A DNA stretch of 64,000 nt. Origin: Candidatus Omnitrophota bacterium. GTDB taxonomy: Bacteria > Omnitrophota > Gorgyraeia > JABMRN01 > RBG-13-46-9. The stretch spans positions 655-64,654 of the forward strand of contig JADHYN010000001.1 in assembly GCA_016782425.1 (NCBI GenBank). The letters run 5' to 3'. A program made the position numbers and the translations under genes. The number at the start of each line of letters is the position of its first letter. The stretch's first letter is position 1. Under the pieces are notes generated by a model. The model was not told where the DNA came from. It was given only the letters and a program-made list of their open reading frames with translations, and did not search any database. This document shows positions 1 through 9,407 of the stretch, one piece after another.

Positions 1-870
1 TACTGTCAGCAGAATACTGAATGCTTCGAAATCAAGATTAAATAGGTTAAAAGGGTTAATATAGTGGTAAATTACAAATCCCTTGCGTCCTCCAATGATT
101 CCAAATAGTAAAAGAAGCATGGCAATAAAAAAACATGCGCGGATTGTGTTTGTAACTACAAATGGAAGTTTTCTTTTTTTGATTTTTCGCAAAATTGGAA
201 TGCTATAAATAAGCTCTTGCAAAGCACCAAAAGGACATGCCCAGCCACAAATTATCTTATTCCCAATAACAGCTAGTATAATGAAAAAACCAAAAGCGAT
301 TACTTTAATCATTGGGTCAGGGTAAAGCCCTACCATGGATTTAAATACCTTAACAACAGCTTCCATCGGGTTAGGTGATTTACCAAGAAGAAACCCAGCA
401 ACTGTTACAGAAAGCAATAGAGAAACAATATATGGAGTACGTGGATACCAGTCACGGCGGCTTTTAATATCCACCCCATCTGGACGCCCCAGCCTTATAA
501 GAAATACAAGTCCCAAAAGAACCAATGCTGCATAAACATAATATTTAAGCATAGAATCTCGATGGGATAGAATATGTTCAATGGCATGATCAAGCTCTTC
601 GTATGTTACCTTTAATAACTTGAGAGGCTTTTTCTTGGAAATATCAATCGGTAACTCAAGCTCCCTAGCAAGGCCTTTACCTGTAACCCCAAGTTTGGGA
701 GCAACATCCTGAATAGACATATTAATATTGAAATCGATTGATTCCTTTGATTTGCTGGGTGGGCTTGACAAAATACCAAGGGCTGCGATTGTAAGCATTC
801 CTGCTAAAGACGAAAACAGCCAAATTCGTTGTTTAAAAGAGATTTGAGAAAGCCAAGAACTAGTACTCAT
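1..870 (-). CDS. 4Fe-4S binding membrane protein, NapH/MauN/CcoG-like (partial, runs off window start)
   Basis: The reverse-complement translation from the ATG at 870 reads MSTSSWLSQISFKQRIWLF...ICGWACPFGALQELIYSIPILRKIKKRKLPF. The CGWxCPFG motif and hydrophobic segments are typical of polyferredoxin-type membrane proteins. It is absent from the ORF track because it is open at the window edge. Confidence 0.55.
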   Translation of the reverse strand, partial: MSTSSWLSQISFKQRIWLFSSLAGMLTIAALGILSSPPSKSKESIDFNINMSIQDVAPKLGVTGKGLARELELPIDISKKKPLKLLKVTYEELDHAIEHILSHRDSMLKYYVYAALVLLGLVFLIRLGRPDGVDIKSRRDWYPRTPYIVSLLLSVTVAGFLLGKSPNPMEAVVKVFKSMVGLYPDPMIKVIAFGFFIILAVIGNKIICGWACPFGALQELIYSIPILRKIKKRKLPFVVTNTIRACFFIAMLLLLFGIIGGRKGFVIYHYINPFNLFNLDFEAFSILLTV

Positions 871-952
871 TTTTTCTTCATAACATTATAATAGTAAAAT
901 TGGGAATGGAAACCATCTGACATCCGAAAGTCCTGATAAAGATTTTTTTCAT

Positions 953-1843
953 TTAAATCAAACCCTTAAAGCCCAAGTCCCTGTAGATCACAACATGGTC
1001 CTGCTGTTGCACTAAGGGTCTTTTTTTTCTATAGAACCTATCGTAAATAAAATCAGCGATCTCCTTTCTCTCGGCCAAATTATACCTATGTACATTCGGA
1101 TAAAGCAATACCATCCAGATCACCGCCATGAATTTATTGAAATCTTTTACTAAGCATTTTACGTTGCTTGTTTTTGATATTATCTGAGTTTTCTTAAAAT
1201 TTTGGTTTTTAGCCAACACTTTTTTAAATCTCAAAATGTCCTGATCGTTTTTATGATTGAAAAATTTTCCTGCAAAATGATTGTAGAGCCATGTTGTGGA
1301 ATAAGGATTTCTGCTTTTAGATGACATAAGCACGATGTGTATGGCGCCTTTGCGAGCCAGGATAATTTTAAACAAGTTCTCAAGTATCGCATTCCATTGT
1401 TGCTCCTGGGCGTAATAAAGGGAATGGTGAAATATAATAAGTTCGACTTTTTTGCCGTTAAGCTTTTTTCTAAAGAACTCTTTTGTAGTTTTCTCTCTTA
1501 GAAATAGCCCTCCATAATCTGCCTGGATGGTTTTTACATGTGTGACGAACTGCCTTTGAATGCGCTCCCTTACTACATCTAAGGCTTTTTTCTCTATGTC
1601 TACCAGGTAAAGCCCCCCGCGAAATGCCGTTTCTAAAATACGAAACTGCGGTTCATTGCTTGACCCGATAGAAAGCGCCCTCATCTTCTTTGAAAGGGGT
1701 ATTGACTTGTGCAAAGTTCTTATCACTTTCGCAAGCGCTTTTCCTATATCAACTTTATCATTGCTATATCGCGACCATATTTTATCTTCCTTAAACATCT
1801 CAGTACGGGCGGCTCTAAGCCCGGATCCTATAACTTTTTTCAT
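953..1843 (-). CDS. hypothetical protein, possibly methyltransferase-fold
   Basis: This is a 296-aa ORF. ALSIGSSNEPQF...GGLYLVDIEKKALD weakly resembles motif I of a Rossmann methyltransferase. I see no stronger motif. Confidence 0.3.
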   Translation of the reverse strand: MKKVIGSGLRAARTEMFKEDKIWSRYSNDKVDIGKALAKVIRTLHKSIPLSKKMRALSIGSSNEPQFRILETAFRGGLYLVDIEKKALDVVRERIQRQFVTHVKTIQADYGGLFLREKTTKEFFRKKLNGKKVELIIFHHSLYYAQEQQWNAILENLFKIILARKGAIHIVLMSSKSRNPYSTTWLYNHFAGKFFNHKNDQDILRFKKVLAKNQNFKKTQIISKTSNVKCLVKDFNKFMAVIWMVLLYPNVHRYNLAERKEIADFIYDRFYRKKRPLVQQQDHVVIYRDLGFKGLI

Positions 1844-1845
1844 GG

Positions 1846-2220
1846 CTATTCTCCTCGGATTATCTCTTCATCCTTCTTGCGCCAGGCAGGATCAACTATG
1901 CATAAAAAAATCAAATCTGAATTGCCGATATTTTTTATATACTGTACTGAGTGTGGCGGAATATAAACGGCGCAACCTTTGTTTACCTTTGAAGTTTTTC
2001 TATCTACGTGCACTAAGCCTGAGCCTTCTAAGATATAATAGACCTCCGATGTTTTAAGCCTGTGGGGCATTGTAACCCTGCCCGGTTTAACCACTGCGTG
2101 CGCCAAGCTATAACGGAATTTAAAATTTCCTTTATCTCTATGCAGCAGTTCCCGTAAAATTGCTTTATCTCGGGAAATGAACTTTTTGCATTTATTTAGT
2201 CGTTTTATAATCATATACAA
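1846..2220 (-). CDS. cupin domain protein
   Basis: This is a 124-aa protein. Its H..H...E..Y.LEG and G..V.IPP..H motifs are typical of the cupin_2 barrel. Confidence 0.65.
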   Translation of the reverse strand: MYMIIKRLNKCKKFISRDKAILRELLHRDKGNFKFRYSLAHAVVKPGRVTMPHRLKTSEVYYILEGSGLVHVDRKTSKVNKGCAVYIPPHSVQYIKNIGNSDLIFLCIVDPAWRKKDEEIIRGE

Positions 2221-2352
2221 GCCCTCCCCTCTCTCCTTTTTTTAAAAAAAATCGCTTGCGTTTGGCTCCTTCTAGATTTTTCTATCGGCCAAATATTTGT
2301 TGTTTATTTTTTGACGACACTTTTTTCTCTACCTTTTCATTACCAGAACTCT

Positions 2353-3507
2353 TCATTCCTTGTACCTATCAGCGAGCTGTTCGACCAGATATTCAAAAAT
2401 TATCGACGTCTCCAAATCATCATAGGTATCCTGCGGGTGATATTGCGTACCGAGCATCGTCTTATACTCATAGGCATCTATGATGACCCGGTTTTTCAAT
2501 ACCTTTTTGAATTCTTCGTTAAATTCTTCGTATTTTTTGTCGATGATCTTATCTTTATACTCGCTTAAGGGATGATAGGAAATTACCTTGACGTCATCGG
2601 GAATCGGCTCTATCAAACATAAAGAATGGTCAAAATCCTTATTCATGTACATTTCTTCGCCGGGCTCCCCTTTGCCCTTAAAAATTTCAGGTACGGGATA
2701 AACGAATAAACTGTATTCCATATAACCGGAATCTTTCTTGTGCGTATGAAGCATTTTAGTGATGTGCCATGTCTCCTCTTTGGCGTATTTTTGGCCGGTC
2801 TTTTTAAACGCAACATCATAGCCGTTCTCTTTATACTCAAACAACCTTCCCAGTTTTCCACCGGCGTGCATATAACCTATTTGTGCCCCGTGGCAGGTTC
2901 CCCATATCGGTTTGTCCTGTTTAAACGCGGCGTCTATAAAGAATAAAATGTACAATGTCTCCATGATGTCTTTAGCATTGGCACCATCCGGCGTATCGAC
3001 CAGGGTAACATAAGGCTTCAAAAAGATAGGATGAGCGCCGTACGTATAGTTTGGTTCGATTATCAGGAATTCGAATTCGGCCATGAACTCTTCAATTGTG
3101 GCGTGAAGTTCGGACAGGCGGGACTTAGGATTTCTCTTTATGTACTCGCGGATACCCTTTAAGAGCTCATCCGTGCGGGGATTGGCTTTTTTTATTGCCA
3201 TAACCTCGGTAACACATTCGTTCAGTAAATCCAGCAATTCCTTTTGAAACTCCGCCTTCTCGTCAAGAAATTCGTGTTGAAACGGGTTGAATAGGACAAA
3301 CGACATTTTCAGAAGCGGTTCAACCTTTTTTGCGCTATCCTTGAAAGCGTAAAATATCTCGGGCTGCATCCTTGTGTGCTCTCTAGAGGAAATCACAAGC
3401 GTATCAATTTCGATTTGCTCGTCTTTTTCCGCAAACGCAAACAAGAATGACGCAAGTAACGCAATCGTTATAAAAAGAAAAATGCTAAATTTTTTGTTGC
3501 CACGCAT
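2353..3507 (-). CDS. secreted class I glutamine amidotransferase-like (gamma-glutamyl hydrolase / peptidase C26-like) protein
   Basis: There is an N-terminal signal peptide (MRGNKKFSIFLFITIALLASFLFAFA). A GTCHGAQIG nucleophile elbow (G-x-C-x-G-x-Q) and a downstream YHPQ resemble the GATase1 catalytic triad region. Confidence 0.45.
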   Translation of the reverse strand: MRGNKKFSIFLFITIALLASFLFAFAEKDEQIEIDTLVISSREHTRMQPEIFYAFKDSAKKVEPLLKMSFVLFNPFQHEFLDEKAEFQKELLDLLNECVTEVMAIKKANPRTDELLKGIREYIKRNPKSRLSELHATIEEFMAEFEFLIIEPNYTYGAHPIFLKPYVTLVDTPDGANAKDIMETLYILFFIDAAFKQDKPIWGTCHGAQIGYMHAGGKLGRLFEYKENGYDVAFKKTGQKYAKEETWHITKMLHTHKKDSGYMEYSLFVYPVPEIFKGKGEPGEEMYMNKDFDHSLCLIEPIPDDVKVISYHPLSEYKDKIIDKKYEEFNEEFKKVLKNRVIIDAYEYKTMLGTQYHPQDTYDDLETSIIFEYLVEQLADRYKE

Positions 3508-3646
3508 TTTTAGCCCCTTTCACTTCTTTATCACGCTTATCATGACAAATCCACCCTCATCAAAGCTTTTTTACGGTTAAAAAATCACACCTCTTTTTCG
3601 ACACTATCTAATTTTAAAAAAGGTACGAATGTATATTGCTTTCATA

Positions 3647-4735
3647 TCAGGTTGTCCTGCCAAACAGATGTTTGGTTTTTAAGCATACCCTTACCAGCAT
3701 AAGCATAACCGGCACTTCAATCAATACGCCTACAACAGTAGCTAAAGACGCTCCTGAAGATAGCCCAAAGAGTATCGCGGAAGTAGCAATGGCAACTTCA
3801 AAATGATTGCTTGCGCCTATCAATGCTGAAGGCGCAGCATCTCTGTATGGTAATTTAAGCCATTTTGCCAGGGCATATGCGATAATAAATATCAAGCACG
3901 TCTGGATAAATAACGGGATAGCTATCAAAAATATAATTTGAGGCTGGCTTATAATCAACTCTCCTTTAAACGAAAATAAAAGTATTAGCGTGAGGAATAA
4001 GGCGCTGATAGAAACCGGTGTTAAATAATGCAGGAATTTTTCTTCAAACCACTTAAACCCTTTTTTTCTAATAATCCATTTTCGGGAATGGTACCCCAGA
4101 AAAAGAGGCAGGCCAACATAAGTCGCAACAGATAAAACTATCGTCTGCCATGGTATGGGCATTTTATTTACCCCTAGCAGCCACCCCCCTAAAGGAGCGT
4201 ATAGAAACAGCATAGTCAAAGAATTTATAGCTACCATAACAAGCGTGTGGCCGTCATTGCCCTTAGATAGATGTCCCCAGACAAGAACCATTGCTGTGCA
4301 GGGCGCAATACCTAATAAGATACATCCGGAAATATAAGACCTGTATAGCGCTACCTCTTGTCCTCCTTTAACAATTTCAAATCCCGGAAGCCAGCCTTTA
4401 AAAAGCACTCCTAAAAAGAGAGTCGCGATAGCGAGCATGGTAAAAGGTTTAATGCACCAATTTACAAACAAGGTAAGAATAACCGGCTTAGGGGCCTTTC
4501 CGGCTTTAATAACCTCGGCAAAATCAATTTTTACCATAATCGGGTACATCATAAAGAAAAGGCATATTGCTATGGGAATCGACACCTGGTGTATTGAAAT
4601 CTTATCTAATGTGACTGCCACCTGCGGAAATAGCTTTCCCAATAAAATACCTAAACCAATGCAGCCGACAACCCATAGGGTTAGATGCTTTTCAAAAAAA
4701 CTTAAGCTTCGTTCTTCGTGAATAACGTGTTCCAT
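3647..4735 (-). CDS. arsenite efflux transporter, ACR3 family
   Basis: This is a 362-aa polytopic membrane protein. [25 protein letters not shown] and [10 protein letters not shown] match conserved ACR3/ArsB(Bacillus-type) regions. Confidence 0.7.
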   Translation of the reverse strand: MEHVIHEERSLSFFEKHLTLWVVGCIGLGILLGKLFPQVAVTLDKISIHQVSIPIAICLFFMMYPIMVKIDFAEVIKAGKAPKPVILTLFVNWCIKPFTMLAIATLFLGVLFKGWLPGFEIVKGGQEVALYRSYISGCILLGIAPCTAMVLVWGHLSKGNDGHTLVMVAINSLTMLFLYAPLGGWLLGVNKMPIPWQTIVLSVATYVGLPLFLGYHSRKWIIRKKGFKWFEEKFLHYLTPVSISALFLTLILLFSFKGELIISQPQIIFLIAIPLFIQTCLIFIIAYALAKWLKLPYRDAAPSALIGASNHFEVAIATSAILFGLSSGASLATVVGVLIEVPVMLMLVRVCLKTKHLFGRTT

Positions 4736-4742
4736 TTTAAAA

Positions 4743-5423
4743 TTATAGTAAATAATTCCAAATAAAATACAACCCGACTAGCACAAATATAACACCTGTT
4801 ATTTTTCTTGTATACTTCTCGACAGCAGCTATTTTATGAAACCAGTGTGAAGCTGATAATACGCCGAGCGCGATTCCTATCGCAAAAAGCATGACCGGAA
4901 GCCCTGTACCTATGCCAAAAAAGAAAGGCAAAACTATGCCTGCTTTGCTACTCAGCGCCAAAGGAATAAGGCTACCGAAAAATAACGCCGCGGAAAGCGG
5001 GCAAAAAGAAAGCGCAAAAATAGCTCCCAATAAGAATGCGCCTTTTGCCCCTGACCTGGCGAGAGACTCCTGTTTTTCCTTTGAAAGTGAAAATCCAGGC
5101 GTATTGAGGCGTATCACGCCCAAAAGAAACAGCCCAACCACAAGCAATAAAGGGCCCAATATTCTGTTCATATATTTTTGCAGAAAGTTCGCAACGGAAG
5201 GAACGCCGGCGATAGACGTTATAATAACTACTCCCAAAATAGCATATGCGGCCATGCGCCCAAGAGTATAAGCGCTTCCTGCCAATAAGACCGCTTTGGG
5301 ATGATTTATTTTCTTTGCCAGAAAAGAAATAGCGGCAACGTTAGTTGCTAAAGGACAGGGACTAATCGAGGTAAGTATGCCCAGCCAGATGGCAGATCCA
5401 AAAGTAATAAAAATCTCCATCAC
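4743..5423 (-). CDS. CcdA/DsbD-like transmembrane thiol-disulfide transfer protein (resembles ArsG-family annotation)
   Basis: This is a 226-aa membrane protein with two membrane Cys motifs, SPCPL and FCPL, as in the DsbD_2/CcdA core. It sits between ACR3 and thioredoxin-like genes. Confidence 0.6.
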   Translation of the reverse strand: MMEIFITFGSAIWLGILTSISPCPLATNVAAISFLAKKINHPKAVLLAGSAYTLGRMAAYAILGVVIITSIAGVPSVANFLQKYMNRILGPLLLVVGLFLLGVIRLNTPGFSLSKEKQESLARSGAKGAFLLGAIFALSFCPLSAALFFGSLIPLALSSKAGIVLPFFFGIGTGLPVMLFAIGIALGVLSASHWFHKIAAVEKYTRKITGVIFVLVGLYFIWNYLL

Positions 5424-5839
5424 TACATATCTTTCAGAAAAATAGCGACTTCGCTTTTAACATAATCGGTATACTTTGTTTTATTCCTTACGTATTCCCA
5501 GATTTTATCGAGATTTTTATGCTTTACTTCTTTACCGTCTTTTACTAAAGATAGGACCAGCGATTTTGTGTAGAGCTGGTAATCATTTACAAAATGTTCG
5601 TTTTCTTTTTCTTCTACGTTTACTGTCTTAAAAATAAGATTGCCTTTAGCTAATTCTTCGCTGAAATTATTGTCAATTGCATCTTTGGCATACTGCTCTA
5701 ATTTTTGACAGGTAGGGCATCGGAAGGCTCCGTGAAAATAATAAACTATAACTTTGCTGTTATCGCAGAATGCGGAAGATGCACTAAAGAGAACTGTTAC
5801 TAAGATAAGGATGGTTAAAAACTTTTTTATGCTAACCAT
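5423..5839 (-). CDS. secreted thioredoxin-like CxxC protein (resembles ArsF-family annotation)
   Basis: It has a signal peptide and a CPTC motif inside YYFHGAFRCPTCQKLE. It overlaps the neighbouring genes by a few nt, which suggests an operon. Confidence 0.5.
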   Translation of the reverse strand: MVSIKKFLTILILVTVLFSASSAFCDNSKVIVYYFHGAFRCPTCQKLEQYAKDAIDNNFSEELAKGNLIFKTVNVEEKENEHFVNDYQLYTKSLVLSLVKDGKEVKHKNLDKIWEYVRNKTKYTDYVKSEVAIFLKDM

Positions 5840-6057
5840 TTTTTAATCTCCTCCGCTTGAGGTATCTTACCTACTATTTTTACTTTCCCGTCTATAACAA
5901 GCGCCGGTGTCATCATTACGTCATAGCTTGTAATTTTATCCATATCTTCCACTTTTAGCACTTCGGCCTGAATGCCTGATTCTGCAACAGCCTTTTTAGC
6001 ATTTTCATAAAGCATTTTACATTTAGGGCAACCCATCCCGAGAATCTCTATTTTCAT
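5827..6057 (-). CDS. thioredoxin-family small protein (redox-active disulfide protein 2 / MTH895-like)
   Basis: This is a 76-aa protein with MKIEILGMGCPKC...VIDGKV. It forms the classic pairing with a DUF318 permease immediately upstream. Confidence 0.75.
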   Translation of the reverse strand: MKIEILGMGCPKCKMLYENAKKAVAESGIQAEVLKVEDMDKITSYDVMMTPALVIDGKVKIVGKIPQAEEIKKWLA

Positions 6058-6068
6058 TTTTCTCTCCT

Positions 6069-7253
6069 TTATTTAGCTATGATCCCAAATAAAATTCCGC
6101 TTATAGTGGCCATCACAACAACCAAAAATATATACACGATAGTTTTTTTCGTTCCTATGACACTTCGGATTACGAGCATACTGGGCAAACTAAGCGCCGG
6201 CCCTGCCAATAATAACGCTAATGCAGGACCCTTACCCATGCCTGCGCCGATCAGCCCCTGTAATATCGGTACTTCTGTAAGCGTAGCAAAGTACATGAAC
6301 GCGCCGAATATTGAAGCAAAGAAATTAGCGAATAATGAATTGCCCCCGACTAATCTTTCAACAAATACTGCCGGGATTATGCCTTCATGCCCTACCCTGC
6401 CAAGAAGAAAGCCGGCAACCAGTACCCCTAAAAGAAGTAGCGGCAGTATTTGAAGAGCGAACTCCCAGCTTGAATTTACCCATTTTTTAAGCTCATCTTT
6501 CTTAAACCATTTTATCAGCATCAACGCTAATGCTATCGCAAAAAAAGATGTAACTACCCACTTAAAATGATATATATTTGCCCATATTCCTGTATCTTGC
6601 GAGTCGGGTTTTGTCCAGTTAGCAAATACTAAAATTACAATCATAGAAGCAAAGTATATTGCGTTTTTCCACAAAGGCCTCGACACCTCTTCTTCCGGTA
6701 TTGAAAAGTTACCTTCTGCGTGGCGCTTTATTTCTTCTTTAATGAATATTAGATGCATTAAAAAACCGATAACTACGCTAAAGACTACTGCCCCTATTGC
6801 CCTCGCAAGGCCAAGCTCCCATCCTAAAACTTTGGCTGTAAAAATTATAGCCAATACATTTATGGCAGGACCGGAATAAAGAAACGCGATAGCAGGCCCC
6901 AATCCGGCTCCGCGCTTATAAATACCAGAAAATAAAGGCAGAACCGTGCAGGAACAAACAGCTAAAATACTTCCCGATACAGATGCCACGCTGTAAGCTA
7001 ATATTTTCTTGGCCTGCGCCCCAAAATATTTAATTACAGCTGCCTGGCTTATAAAAACCGATATCGCGCCCGCTATAAAGAAAGCCGGGACAAGACAAAG
7101 TAATACATGTTCCCTGGCATACCATTTTGCAAGCGCCAATGCTTCGAAAGCGGGATTCCTAAATGGCAGCAGACTTAACGGTAAATAGTAAAAGCCTAAG
7201 AATACCGCTGTAACTATAATAAATTTATTCAGATTTTTCATAATTTTAAGCAC
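6069..7253 (-). CDS. permease, COG0701/DUF318 family (ArsP-like, with membrane CSC motif)
   Basis: This is a 394-aa protein with two repeated halves of TM helices. LAVCSCTVLPLF resembles the TPFcSCS motif of the ArsP organoarsenical permease. Confidence 0.65.
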   Translation of the reverse strand: MLKIMKNLNKFIIVTAVFLGFYYLPLSLLPFRNPAFEALALAKWYAREHVLLCLVPAFFIAGAISVFISQAAVIKYFGAQAKKILAYSVASVSGSILAVCSCTVLPLFSGIYKRGAGLGPAIAFLYSGPAINVLAIIFTAKVLGWELGLARAIGAVVFSVVIGFLMHLIFIKEEIKRHAEGNFSIPEEEVSRPLWKNAIYFASMIVILVFANWTKPDSQDTGIWANIYHFKWVVTSFFAIALALMLIKWFKKDELKKWVNSSWEFALQILPLLLLGVLVAGFLLGRVGHEGIIPAVFVERLVGGNSLFANFFASIFGAFMYFATLTEVPILQGLIGAGMGKGPALALLLAGPALSLPSMLVIRSVIGTKKTIVYIFLVVVMATISGILFGIIAK

Positions 7254-8745
7254 GCTGATTGGGGTCCTGGGATTTTATATACGAAAGCAATCTTGACGTA
7301 AATAAAGACGCAACGCATATTTTGCTATAATCGATCCGGATATCATTCAGGTATTGCAACACGAGATTCTGCCGGGATCCCGAAGGCAGGATACCCGAGA
7401 AGAAAAATCCCATTTCCTCAAAATCTTTTGCGAACTTCATGGTAAGCGGATCGCAAAGATCAAGATAAAGAAAAACGGCTTCTATTTTGTTATGCACCAG
7501 TTCTTTTAAGCTATGACGGATTTTTTCTTTAATATCCGAGCCGTATTCTTTGATATGTATGTAGCCCGTGGACATGGGGCCGTGTATTTCTGTTTCTATT
7601 ACGGAATATTCGCGGGAAACGACAGGCTCCGCCTGTTCCTTCCACTCTACCGGAACGCCGATATTCGAATAAATATCCACAAGCACGGCCTTGTGATGCC
7701 CGGGAGCGTAAAGCGATTTATTCAGGTCCTGATTAATATCCCGGAATAACACCACCATGCTTTCACGCTGCTGGCCATGCTCCAGAGAATCCCTGAACAT
7801 GCTGGCCTGCGCCATTCCTATCATAATTCCGCATTCTTTGAAGTTGTTTTTTAAAATAACCTTCTGTGAAAATGGGTGAATGGTAACAGCCGTGGCGTAC
7901 AGCCCTTTTATACCTTCTTTCTTGGCTTCATTGATGAGGTATTCGCAAATGCGATTAAAACATCCCTGGCGCCTGAAGTTCGGCTTTGTAAAAGCGGCTC
8001 CCAGTTCTACGGCGTTCTTTCCTTTGAACACCTCAAGCGTGGCATGGCTTACAATTTCACTTGTTTTATCACTAACCGCAACACCTGATATTAGTTCTTT
8101 TTTCCTGTTCATCTCGGCGATTCTTTCAGGGTAATAAATAAATTCGTGTATATAATTATATCCGTAGGTTCGGTAAGCGCACTGCGACACCTCTATGGAT
8201 TTCTCCGGATTAAGCAATTCCACGCGATAATCCGCTTTTTCTATTGGCTTTTTTTTCGGTCCAACGGGATTTTTATAGGGCTTGATTTCTGATTTATCAA
8301 TGCATTTATCGATGTGTTTTTGATGAATATATTTAACCAGGTGAACTTCCTTGCCTCCGAAGCCGTTATTATGAAAGGATAGTTCGTCAACGCTATGCTT
8401 CATAAGATAGACGCCAAGTCCCGTGGTCTTGCCTTCTTTTATTACTCTATCGATAGAGTATTCCTCAACATCACCCGGGGAAAATGGATAGCCCTTATCC
8501 TTTACGATAACCTTAAATATAATAGAAGAGGCTTCGCAGATCACATCAAACAGAGCCGCCTCTTCCGGTAAAAAGGCATGTTTTATAACGTTTACCGCGG
8601 CTTCATCGGCAGCAAGAACAATTTTGTCAACGTCATCTTCAGGAAGTCCTGCCTTCTTTGCAGCTTCACGCACACAGGCCCGCGCTGTAGGAACATAAGA
8701 AAAATGGGCCGGCAATTTCAGATGTACAACTTCTTTATTCTCCAT
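7246..8745 (-). CDS. fusion protein: N-terminal RsbW/SpoIIAB-like HATPase_c (anti-sigma factor kinase-like) domain + central GNAT N-acetyltransferase + C-terminal unknown domain
   Basis: The N-terminus (VPTARACVREAAKKAGL...AADEAAVNVIKHAF...GLGVYLMKHSVDEL) matches the HATPase_c_2 fold. RRQGCFNRICEYLINEAKKEGIKGLYATAV is a GNAT acetyl-CoA motif. There is an AAGGAG RBS upstream of the ATG at 8745. Confidence 0.55.
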   Translation of the reverse strand: MENKEVVHLKLPAHFSYVPTARACVREAAKKAGLPEDDVDKIVLAADEAAVNVIKHAFLPEEAALFDVICEASSIIFKVIVKDKGYPFSPGDVEEYSIDRVIKEGKTTGLGVYLMKHSVDELSFHNNGFGGKEVHLVKYIHQKHIDKCIDKSEIKPYKNPVGPKKKPIEKADYRVELLNPEKSIEVSQCAYRTYGYNYIHEFIYYPERIAEMNRKKELISGVAVSDKTSEIVSHATLEVFKGKNAVELGAAFTKPNFRRQGCFNRICEYLINEAKKEGIKGLYATAVTIHPFSQKVILKNNFKECGIMIGMAQASMFRDSLEHGQQRESMVVLFRDINQDLNKSLYAPGHHKAVLVDIYSNIGVPVEWKEQAEPVVSREYSVIETEIHGPMSTGYIHIKEYGSDIKEKIRHSLKELVHNKIEAVFLYLDLCDPLTMKFAKDFEEMGFFFSGILPSGSRQNLVLQYLNDIRIDYSKICVASLFTSRLLSYIKSQDPNQRA

Positions 8746-8778
8746 TACTTCTCCTTATCAAATATGTCATTCACCACA

Positions 8779-8812
8779 AGCAGTAGGGGAGGCTTAAGCC
8801 TCCCCTACTGCT
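8779..8812 (-). terminator. perfect 15-bp stem hairpin (aGCAGTAGGGGAGGC ttaa GCCTCCCCTACTGCt) overlapping the maf stop codon
   Basis: I see the inverted repeat directly. A near-identical element recurs at 47934-47975. The U-tract on the minus strand is weak, so it may be a REP-like element rather than a strong terminator. Confidence 0.45.
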
Positions 8813-9392
8813 ATTTATCGAATATATTTATTCCAGCCTTTTTCAGGAGTTTTGCGAGTTTCGCGAGCGGCAGCCCCACGACGTTATAAAAGCATCCCTC
8901 GATCCGGTCTATGAATAGGCCGCCTCTCCCTTGTATGTCAAAGCTTCCAGCTTTATCGAAAGGCGAGGTCTCCTTAAAATAACCCTTTATATCGCGCTCT
9001 GTCATTTTGCACATGCGTATCTTTGTTTTTTCGTAATCTTTATAGATTTTATTCTTATCGATGTCAAAAACAGCGAGTCCTGTATAAACCCACTGGGGTT
9101 TTTTAGAGAGTAGTTTAAGGGTTTTTACCGCGTCTTTCATGCTTTTCGGCTTTCCGATCATCTTTTTCCCCACTAAAACAACAGTATCTGCGCCTATTAT
9201 AACGCCTTTTTTGCGCTGTAAGGCAACCTCGCGCGCCTTTAAAGCCGCATTCTCCATGACAAGGTCTTCGCATCGCTTTTTAGAAGTTCTTTTTTCCCTG
9301 ACCCGGGACGACGCAGTTTTAAACTTGAGCCCTATTTGTTTTAATATGGCTTTACGCGCTTTTGATTTTGACGCGAGTATTATTGTCCTCAT
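8811..9392 (-). CDS. maf: Maf-like nucleoside triphosphate pyrophosphatase (septum formation protein Maf)
   Basis: ILASKSKAR...GADTVV...GKP...V.TGLAV...F...I.GYF...D.AG.F.IQG...I..I.G...NVVGLPL is the Maf family signature across the full 193-aa length. Confidence 0.85.
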   Translation of the reverse strand: MRTIILASKSKARKAILKQIGLKFKTASSRVREKRTSKKRCEDLVMENAALKAREVALQRKKGVIIGADTVVLVGKKMIGKPKSMKDAVKTLKLLSKKPQWVYTGLAVFDIDKNKIYKDYEKTKIRMCKMTERDIKGYFKETSPFDKAGSFDIQGRGGLFIDRIEGCFYNVVGLPLAKLAKLLKKAGINIFDK

Positions 9393-9407
9393 TTTTTATT
9401 TTATTAC

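Noticed and set aside
335-535. 66-aa plus-strand ORF at the window start
   Set aside because: It lies antisense inside the much longer minus-strand 4Fe-4S membrane-protein gene (1-870). Its composition is low-complexity and it has no RBS, so it is a shadow ORF.
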